64,000 nucleotides of DNA from Macrostomum lignano (lineage: Eukaryota), in assembly GCA_002269645.1 (NCBI GenBank), contig NIVC01003639.1:22279-86278 (forward strand), read 5' to 3'. This document shows positions 11,991-21,321 of this stretch, piece after piece. The notes beneath the pieces were generated by a model. That model ran no database searches. It had not been told where the DNA came from and saw only the letters and a program-made list of their open reading frames with translations. Numbering within the stretch: position 1 is the first letter of the stretch; each line of letters starts with the position of its first letter. A program made the position numbers and the translations under genes.

Positions 11991-12914
11991 TACAGGGGCT
12001 CTATCTCCAGGGTCCAAAGCAGTACACTTTGGCTAAAAAAATTATTTCAACCTGCAGCCATTCCCTTTTCTGCCCAATGACCCAGTGAGTGCGGTACTCA
12101 CCTGCCATTTCTCATTAGTCTTGTACGTCTGTATGACCGCCTTACATGGGTTGCTATTATGGAAGCCCTAATACCCTCTCGCCAGTCCTCATCTGCTCAT
12201 ATATCATTGATTCTCAAACTCGGACACTCAAAGAAACTGAGCTGCCCGTGTGTCCGAATCGATATTCGAGACCCAAATGAGGCCAGTATGGGTGGGCGGT
12301 AGCATTTGGCTAAGGCTGGGCGTGACCACGGGGTTTCCTTCCCTATTACTCATCCCCATCCGCCCAGTGGTATTATGCACACCGCAGGGCCGCCTCGCTG
12401 TGAGATTTCGTCTCTTTGTACATCGCGTGTTTCTACTTCTCTACACGGATGGGAACAAAGAAATTTTGCAGCAAAGATCAAAGAAAGAGAGAGTGGAGAA
12501 GCAAATCAAAAAGGCTAAAGTAGTTAATAAAATGTGAGAAAATTAAAAGACTTTTCGTAAAATTCTATTCAATACTCGCGCTTGCTTTCATTAACCTTTA
12601 ACTTCAAAGCTTGCGAACTAACCGCCGCCAAGTCTGCTTAACTTGCGGTTGCTTTCTGTAATTGGTTTAATTAGTTAAGACCTCCACCGCCATCTTCTTG
12701 ACGCCGGTAATAATGCCGATGTCGCCAGTCCAGGTTTTATTGCAGATGAAACAAAAAGGCATAGCATAGTACAAATTGAGATTATACGCGTGTACGAGCT
12801 AGTTCAAAAGGCCTTGACAATCGTACTGGCAGTAGTGTATAACGCATTTTTTGTGCATTTTTTGCTTGTAATAGACCAAGCAACTCAAGTCAGAGGCCAA
12901 TCACTCTTCAGAGA

Positions 12915-13819
12915 CCAAAGACTGTCGCCCTCACGGTCCCAGAAGACGGTGGCGTCCAGGAAGTTGACCTCTGTGCTGCTGTACTCGTAGCTCAATTGAA
13001 GCCGGATGTTCGGGTCGAGGGTTCCAGATGTTGGTGGTACTGGACCAGCTCCGCATCTGTTCCCCGCCACACTCCAAAGACGTCGTCGATGTAGCTGAGC
13101 CACAGGCTGGGCTTCTGCGGGCTGGTCTCCAGGCCTCTCTGCTCCCAGTAGCCCATGTAGATGTTACTGTAGCTGGACGCGAACGACTTCCCCATGGCAG
13201 TGCCTTTCACCTGCAGGAAGTATCCGCCGTCGAACTCGAAGTTTTTGCGCTCCGCTCCCTAAACGCCCTCCTAACGCACTCGAGACTGGCCTCCGTCGGG
13301 ATGTTGGTGTTCAGGCTAGTGACGTCCATGGTGAACAGAAAGGTCTCCTCTTATGCTGGACAGGCGATCCAGCGGATGCAGGATGCTGTCGATTAATCGG
13401 CCACTGGCCTAGGACTCGCTGTCGACATCAGACACGATGGGCCAACCCGGGGGAATATCGCCGAGCGGCCACGACTCGACGGGCTTGTGGATCTTCGGAA
13501 GGATGTAGAAGTGCATCGTGCGGAACTCGCTCTTCGGGCTGAATGCGTTGACTAGCAATGGTCGATGATTCTGCGGTCCAGCAGCGACTTGAAGACAGCG
13601 CGAATCATCTGGACTGTGAAGCGGTTGGTCGGCGCGTTCAGGGGCAGGTAGAATAGCGGGTCCTCTAGCTGACGCAGGCACTCGTGAACATAGTCCTGCC
13701 GGTCCAGAATGACCAGCTGGCTGCCCTTGTCGGCCGGTTTGATGACGATTTACTTGTCCGCCCGGAGGTCTCGCAGGGCCTTCGCCTCCGCCCCGCTGAT
13801 GTTCGGAGCGTTCCTGCAG
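12915..13819 (-). mobile_element. Penelope-like retroelement reverse transcriptase fragment (degenerate)
   Basis: Pieces in several frames: IVIKPADKG, FYILPKIHK, PGWPIVS, MDVTSLNTNIP, FLQVKGTAMG, SYIDDVF, VNFLD; stops, frameshifts and internal deletions; no GIY-YIG domain; TCTTCAGAGA at 12905-12914 and 13820-13829. Confidence 0.88.
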
Positions 13820-13842
13820 TCTTCAGAGATAAGTACGAGCTA

Positions 13843-14990
13843 GTTTAAGTCAGAGGCCAATCACTCTTCAGAAACCAAGCAGTTTAAGTCAGAGGCCAAT
13901 CACTCTTCAGAAACCAAGCAGTTTAAGTCAGAGGCCAATCACTCTTCAGAAACCAAGCAGTTTAAGTCAGAGGCCAATCACTCTTCAGAAACCAAGCAGT
14001 TTAAGTCAGAGGCCAATCACTCTTCAGAAACCAAGCAGTTTAAGTCAGAGGCCAATCACTCTTCAGAAACCAAGCAGTTTAAGTCAGAGGCCAATCACTC
14101 TTCAGAAACCAAGCAGTTTAAGTCAGAGGTCAATACCTCTTCAGAGACGAAGCAGTTTAAGTCAGAGGTCAATACCTCTTCAGAGACGAAGCAGTTAAAG
14201 TCAGAGGTCAATACCTCTTCAGAGACGAAGCAGTTAAAGTCAGAGGTCAATACCTCTTCAGAGACGAAGCAGTTAAAGTCAGAGGTCAATACCTCTTCAG
14301 AGACGAAGCAGTTAAAGTCAGAGGTCAATACCTCTTCAGAGACCAAGCAGTTTAAGTCAGAGGTCAATACCTCTTCAGAGACGAAGCAGTTTAAGTCAGA
14401 GGTCAGACACTCTTCAGAGACGAAGCAGTTAAAGTCAGAGGTCAATACCTCTTCAGAGACCAAGCAGTTTAAGTCAGAGGTCAATACCTCTTCAGAGACG
14501 AAGCAGTTTAAGTCAGAGGTCAATACCTCTTCAGAGACGAAGCAGTTAAAGTCAGAGGTCAATACCTCTTCAGAGACCAGTTTAAGTCAGAAGTCAGACA
14601 CTCTTCAGAGACCAGTTTAAGTCAGAGGTCAATCACCTCTTCAGAGACCAGTTTAAGTCAGAAGTCAGTCACTCTTCAGAGACCAAGCAGTTTAAGTCAG
14701 AAGTCAGTCACTCTTCAGAGACCAGTTTAAGTCAGAAGTCAGTCACTCTTCAGAGACCAAGCAGTTTAAGTCAGAAGTCAGTCACTCTTCAGAGACCAAG
14801 CAGTTTAAGTCAGAAGTCAGTCACTCTTCAGAGACCAGTTTAAGTCAGAAGTCAGTCACTCTTCAGAGACCAGTTTAAGTCAGAAGTCAGTCACTCTTCA
14901 GAGACCAAGCAGTTTAAGTCAGAAGTCAGTCACTCTTCAGAGACCAGTTTAAGTCAGAAGTCAGTCACTCTTCAGAGACCAAGCAGTTTA
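13843..14990. repeat. 39 bp minisatellite (34-39 bp distal variants), ~30 copies
   Basis: GTTTAAGTCAGAGGCCAATCACTCTTCAGAAACCAAGCA and variants; 13-aa periodic ORF at 14095-14562; orphan unit at 12873-12918. Confidence 0.95.
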
Positions 14991-15503
14991 TGAGTGTAAA
15001 CCTGAAACCAGAGTGTTTACAGCACTTGAATGTAATTCACTCTGTCTGTCCGTCAAATGGCTGTGAGCTCTCTACATGTACACCCACATAGGCAGCAAAC
15101 TTTCAGCTAAAGTTATGCGCTTAGACGTCAGAAGCGTACGAAAATCTAGTCGAGAAAATTTATTCGCTACACATCGTGTCAACACTGAGGCACTGCTCTG
15201 AGAAGAGAGAGAGAGAATCTTAAACTGCTGCAGTAGATCAAGCCCAAAGCAGTCTCTAATCTCTCTGAACAGTTTGCTCGCAGTGCAAATGATACAGACC
15301 AGCTTATGGCCCAATCAGCCGAAACGAGCCTCCAAGTCTAAACCCGACACCCGATAAAATGGACTGCGAGCTCCAGGGGTTCCAGTTTTTGCGCCAGCCC
15401 GTCTGTTGACCCCGCTTACTTATTTTGACTTATCAAACAGGGGCGATCAACTAGAAGAAGTAGCTTATAGCAGAGAATAGATTTAGGCAAAGCAAAGTGC
15501 AAA

Positions 15504-15854
15504 ATGGCTCTCAGGCTGCTGGCTTTGTTGCTGGCTCTGCTTTCGTTCAGCTCTGAGGCTGCCGGGCGGCCATGGGTCATTGCCCATCGAGGTTCCAGCG
15601 GCGACTATCCAGGACTCACCATGTTGGCCTTCACCAAAGCTGCGGAGGAGGGTGCCGACATGCTGGAGTTGGACACCGCTGTCACCAAGGACCACCAGGT
15701 GATTGTGCTGCACGAACCGGACCTGTCGCCGACTACTAACGTCAAGGATGTGCCAGAGTTTGCTGGCCGATTGAAAGCCGATACGATTTTCTCTGACGAC
15801 AACTATACTAAAAATGTGACAGACTATTTCACCTGGGACTTCAGCTTGGATGAG
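15504..15854 (+). CDS. Glycerophosphodiester phosphodiesterase (GlpQ-like GDPD), exon 1
   Basis: ATG plus signal-peptide-like MALRLLALLLALLSFSSEA; IAHRGSSG, ADMLELD, TKD..VLHEPDL, DFSLDE; donor GAG|GTACAG, phase 0. Confidence 0.9.
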
Positions 15855-15889
15855 GTACAGATTGTGTGGTTGGGCGTCTGTGCTCTCTA

Positions 15890-16318
15890 AGTGTCTGGAG
15901 TGGTAGCTCAACCAAGTGTCAGGAGGGAGTGGTAGCTCAACCAAGTGTCAGGAGGGAGTGGTAGCTCAGCCAAGTGTCTGGAGGGAGTGGTAGCTCAACC
16001 AAGTGTCAGGAGGAAGTGGTAGCTCAGCCAAGTGTCTGGAGTCGTAGCTCAACCAAGTGTCTGGAGTGATAGCTCAACCAAGTGTCTGGAGTGATAGCTC
16101 AACCAAGTGTCTGGAGTGGTAGCTCAACCAAGTGTCTGGAGTGGTAGCTCAACCAAGTGTCAGGAGGAAGTGGTAGCTCAACCAAGTGTCAGGAGGAGAG
16201 GTAGCTCAACCAAGTGTCTGGAGGGAGTGGTAGCTCAGCCAAGTGTCTGGAGCTCAACCAAGTGTCTGGAGTGATAGCTCAACCAAGTGTCTGGAGGGAG
16301 CGGTAGCTCAACCAAGTG
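15890..16318. repeat. 25-29 bp minisatellite in GDPD intron 1
   Basis: GTGGTAGCTCAACCAAGTGTCTGGA(GGGA) units. Confidence 0.92.
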
Positions 16319-16350
16319 TTTAAAAAATCTGAAACTCCACCGCTACCTAG

Positions 16351-16884
16351 ATTAAGAAGCTTCGCAAGCACCAGCGAATAAGCTTTCGGGACTCCAGCTT
16401 CGACGGCAAAGAGCAGGTGCCGAGCCTTCGCGAAGCGATCCAGCTGGTGAAGCGCCTGGACTCGGAGAGACAGCCCGATCAGAGACGGGTAGCGTTACTC
16501 ATCGAGGTGAAACTTTGTCGCTACTTCACAGCTCGAACAAATCGCAGCAAGGAGGAGCTGATCGCGGCGGATCTGACTGCCGAGGGAGTGGATAACAGGC
16601 CGGACATCATCCACCTGCAGACATTCGAGCTGCAGTGCGCTGCCGAGCTCAAGCGTCTCCTACCAAACCTGCCGGTCTACAAGCTCGAGGAGTCTGCTGG
16701 CATCAGCGACGAGAAGCTCACTCAGTGGAGACGCGACCTCAAGCTGGACGGCATCGGTGTGCACAAGGCGATGGTTGCTGGCGGTTCCGCGAACCCAGAT
16801 AGCCCGGAATTCACCTACAAGTACCGCGTGACCGGACCGACCGACCTGGTGCAGCGGGCTAAGCGGCAGGGCGAGAATTTCAAG
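16351..16884 (+). CDS. GDPD exon 2
   Basis: Acceptor CTACCTAG|ATT; IKKLRKHQR..SFDGKEQVPSLREAI, LLIEVK, IHLQTFE, DGIGVHK; donor AAG|GTAATC; 534 nt keeps frame. Confidence 0.88.
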
Positions 16885-17723
16885 GTAATCACCGCACTGG
16901 CTGCTCGTTAAGTCTTTCGAATTCCTCAACCGGTGATGTCAAACTCAATAGCCCATACTCGCCTCTGATGACTACACAAAGCGTACATGACAGAGTGTGC
17001 CTGATTGTGGAGTGTCGCTTTATTATCTATCTTTATTTCGAGGCGACAGTCGACCCGCAGACATTGAGTAGGCAATTCAGTTGACCCTGAGCATTTACAG
17101 ATACGCAGGCTCATGCTCCCATCAGGGTATACAGAGGCCGCCCTGACTTCTCTATCATCAGGCGTGTACACTAATGTACACTCTCATCCGGCATGCCTTT
17201 CGCCATTGGCACCACGACTAGGTTTGACACCCAAATCAATTGATTTCTCCACTCGTACTTGCGGCGCCAAATGTAGTGAGCGAGAGACCAGCGGCCAGGC
17301 TCAGTCCAAGAAAAACAGTCAAACCCTCACACGAAGGGTGGAGATACTTTTATATCTAAACAAGAACACATGTACGACATGGGAGCACGAGAATTGCCCG
17401 CCGAGGTTTGCCCTCAATGCTTTTCTTCATACAGCGCATTTAGCCACAGATATTAAACATCTGTGAGCACACAGATGTATAGCTCACAGATGTACCCCTG
17501 TATGCTTATAGATATCAAAGCCTACAATAAGAATATGCATTTGATATGCAGTTACTAACAAAACATTTTGATCGGGTAAATCTTTTCTTAATCTCATGGA
17601 CCCTATGTGCATATAGAATCAGAGCATTACTTTACCCCCAATCACTCACTAGTAGTACGAGTGAGTACTGTCACTTTAAAACGAATAGCTCAACTACCCC
17701 CCCGTGTAATTCCCCACTCCCAG

Positions 17724-17987
17724 GTCCTGGTGTGGACCCTCCGCAACGAGGACCGGTACATCGCGTGGACCTTCAGCCAGGACGGCTGGGCCGAGGCTGA
17801 CTTCTTCGCCACCGAAGCCAAAGTCGACGGCCTGATCACCGACTTTCCCAAGACGGTTCGTCGACTTGTGGATGACCGGTTCGCGTCGAGCGGCTCCAAA
17901 ATTGGCTCACCATCTGGCGGCCTTCCGGCTCTGCTGGCTCTGGCTGCTGCTGCTGCGGCTTCTTGGAGCAGCTATTTGGCTGTATAA
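17724..17987 (+). CDS. GDPD exon 3 with GPI-signal-like C-terminus
   Basis: Acceptor CTCCCAG|GTC; VLVWTLRNE, VDGLITDFP; small-residue spacer then hydrophobic LPALLALAAAAAASWSSYLAV*. Joined product is about 382 aa. Confidence 0.88.
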   Translation, partial: VLVWTLRNEDRYIAWTFSQDGWAEADFFATEAKVDGLITDFPKTVRRLVDDRFASSGSKIGSPSGGLPALLALAAAAAASWSSYLAV

Positions 17988-19284
17988 AAGCAGCAAGACC
18001 AACAATGCGAATAATGTCAAATGAAAATATTCTAAGCGCACTACTATCATCGTTAGAAGCGAGTTTTTCTGCCTAAATGTTTGCGTTCCAGAAACACCTG
18101 TTTTACAAGAAAATATCTGCTAGCATTCTAGAAAAGTATCTAAAAATGTTCGATAAACAAATAAATAAATTGATCGGCATAAAAAACTTAAAGTTTGTTT
18201 TAATTTTGTCGATTTAAAAAACTCTGCTACACAGTCGAGTGTTTTAAACAAATCCAATAGTTCTATTGTAATTACAATACACAATAGTTGACATTGACAG
18301 ATTTACAATTTTTCTGAGACCTTGAGTTCAGAAACAAACAGAGATGGTTTTAGAAGAATGCACTGAGTCATCCTTGCGTGGCGGACTCTGTCAGTTACTA
18401 AAGCAAATTAAGCTAGTTTTTTATACAAAACTTTGTAGGCTTAGTAAAACAAAAATTTTTGGGGCGGATTCAAAGAAACGCAATCGAATTCTGGACTGGC
18501 ATTTTCCATTTTGATTGACAGCTGCTATTTGAAAAGCTAAGATTTCGTACCTTATCAAGGGCATGTACATAAATTTCGCTAACTTACAGAATGTACTTTT
18601 GTCTACTGGTGAGTCACCCAATTCACGCAGCTAAGTGTAGTGTACATTCGCGAACATAAGCAAAGTACATTGTTAGTGTACAGACACTGACACAACAAGT
18701 TTATAAGTACGATAAAGAGAATTAATCTGGTTCGCTGTAGTTGCAAAGAAAGCAAAGAGTGAGACTGACCAGTTTAGCTGTGCCTTCATGCTGCACGCCG
18801 AGAAAAAAATAGTTTAATCAACAAAATATTCTATACAATTCGTTGACTGGCGTGAGCTGTGAAAATCAATTAGAAATAGAAATGGCCTGAAATAGTTGTC
18901 TATTAGGATTGATTATTATAGTGCTACTAACAGTACGATTTCTAGTCTAACAATTCACCCATTCCTCTGGCCACTGAGTACACACGCTCACACAGGCTGT
19001 ACAAGCTCACACAGGGTGCAAACACACAAGCTTACGCAGGGTGTACACAAGCTCACACATGGTGTACACACACGCCCTTTGAATTTCTCATTGTCAGGGG
19101 TACACAGGGCTCTGCGCCTTAGGGTTGGCCTTCAAGGGCGAGAATCGCTCTACGAGAGTCCTCTTTGACTTCTGTACTCTCACGTCTACCCCAAATCAGT
19201 CCCTGATAGAAATTCGGTCCAACTGCTCAACAGACGTCCTTGCACATCCGTGAAACGCAATGCGGCTGTCGGGGTCGCCAAGGC

Positions 19285-19829
19285 TCAGCAGACCGGCCGG
19301 GAGACGTCGTCGTCTTCATCGTCGTCGGTCTGACGGCGTCTCGGCGATCCGCTGATAGGAGGCATTGGCGACTGTCGGACTGGCAGGGTGGCATAGGCCG
19401 GCTGCTGCTGCTGCTGTTGTTGTTGCTGCTGTTGCTGCTGCTGTTGCTGCTGCCCGAACACTGGTGCTGGTGAGTGCAGCCGACCGACTGGGCGCAGCTC
19501 GACCCCGTGCGGCGGCAGCGGCGGCGGCAGGAAGCCGACGGAATGATCGACAACGCCCTCCTCCTCCGGTATGCCCAGGTACTGGTGGTGTCGCGACGCC
19601 GATTTTATCGACATCTGAGGCAAGGGAAGCTGATGTTGCTGCTGCTGCTGCTGCTGCTGCGGCTGCTGATGATGCTGAAGCTGCGGCGTCATGACCCGCC
19701 GCGGCAGGGTGCCACCAGCGACTGCCGGCGAAGAGGTCAGCGCCATGGCCATGGAGCCAGGGGCGTGGTGATGCTGGAAACTTGGGTGATGATGAAGCCC
19801 CTGCCTGCCTGCGGCGCCAAACAGGTGGC
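19285..19829 (-). CDS. Protocadherin, terminal exon (Gln/Pro/His-rich cytoplasmic tail)
   Basis: Acceptor TTTTGCAG|GC at 19830/19829, phase 1, reads in frame into ORF 19285-19752; two polyQ tracts; stop TGA. Confidence 0.7.
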
Positions 19830-19887
19830 CTGCAAAAATTGCGATGGTTTTCGAATCACTACTAATGGATCCTTTACACGGTATCTT

Positions 19888-20113
19888 AGTTGCTAAGGGT
19901 CAGTTGCTAAGGACCAGTTGCTAAGGGTCAGTTGCCAATGAAAAGTTGCTAATGACCAAGTTGCTAAGGACAAGTTGCTAAGGACCAGTTGCTATGGACC
20001 GGTTGCTATGGACCGGTTGCTAAAGACCAGTTGCTATGGACCAGTTGCTAAGGGCCATTTGCTAAGGACCAGTTGCTTAGACCAGTTGCTAAGGCTCAGT
20101 TGCTAAGGACAAC
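19888..20113. repeat. 14 bp intronic tandem repeat (GTTGCTAAGGACCA), 16 units
   Basis: Units counted by eye; the last forms GTTGCTAAGGACAAC. Confidence 0.9.
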
Positions 20114-20121
20114 AAGCTCAC

Positions 20122-20197
20122 CAGCGGGATCATCTTCACTGCCTCCGCGTCCCGAATCGGCGCTGTCGCCGTCCAAATCCTGCTGATTGATCACCAC
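20122..20197 (-). CDS. Protocadherin, 76-nt internal exon with a CM1-like motif
   Basis: TCCTCGCAG|GTG ... CTG|GTGAGC; encodes VVINQQDLDGDSADSGRGGSEDDPA; phases 0 and 1 match both neighbouring exons. Confidence 0.8.
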
Positions 20198-21321
20198 CTG
20201 CGAGGACAAAAATAAATTGGGCGCCTGGAAGTCGGTGCGGGTCAGTCAATCGTTCCGACTAGCGGCTGTAATTGGAAGAAAACTTCCAGACAGCCAGCGA
20301 AATTCTACGAGTGTTGCCCTTTCCCCGCAGGCGCATGCACTTGGCTCTGCAGCTTCATCATCCTCAGCATCATCAATGCGGGAAGTGGCGCTGACTCTTC
20401 AGATTCCAGCTACCGGCCTCTCTGTCTTCACGTGCCAATAAGCTTTGGCATTTTCCCGGCTTCCATCTATCCGTCCGGTAGGGGTGAAGCAGGGCTCGGC
20501 TAGGCCGGTATTTCTACAAGAGAGTTTTTCCCTCCCAGGAAGGAGGCCCAGCGATATTAATCTCCCTTTCCTGGCCAGAGGAAAGTCCACAGCAAGTCGC
20601 GCGTAAAGCAGCAGCACCGAATAGCGGTGATGCTCTCAGCATACTACTATACACTTACCCATTTCTATAAATGGCAGAATTATTGGTCAGCAGTTGTTAT
20701 CTTACCGGGATAAGTTGGCGGCCACTGGGGGAATGGTGCGGATTAAAAGCGCTGCTAGGAGGCTGAAGATTTTACGCAAATTTCGCCCTCAACCCCCCGC
20801 AGGTTCGGGGCCAGTTAGGGAGATCTGCTTTCCTCCTTAGCGGCAGGGCCAGGAGAGAGGAAAGTGCAGCGCAAGACTACAAGCGCACAATGAAGCCAAT
20901 CAAATTTCAGCTGTCAGTGGGCCCCCAAATCCTTGAGTGCGAGGATCAAGGATGTTGGAATTGTTTTTTAGCCTCGAATGATTATTTAAGATTTGCTGGT
21001 AAATTGATTGCCACCTCGCAAGGCTCGGCAACTACTATTAATGATTTTGCTTTGCCTAGTAATGTCTGAAGCGCTGCGAAGATATGAGCCAAACCAGAAT
21101 GGAACACGTAGCCTAAGTGACTCTATAATTTCATGCATAGCAACAGGTGTCCAAGGCGCCACTCCGATGCAAAAACATAACGATTTTAAGCGACCCGATT
21201 GAAGTTCTTCAGGGTCAGCTAATCAATTTGACCTCTCTTCGATCAACCACTGAAAGAACGGGCTCGAAACTGATTCTATTTTTAGAAGCGCATTAGACTG
21301 AATCGAATCCCAGCTGCTCAC

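Noticed and set aside
15890-16318. GGTAGCTCA units resembling tRNA A-boxes
   Set aside because: No B-box or cloverleaf; simple minisatellite.
16930-17236. hAT-like MITE in GDPD intron 2 (GTGATGTCAAACT ... GGTTTGACACCC)
   Set aside because: The inverted repeats are imperfect and no 8-bp TSD was found.
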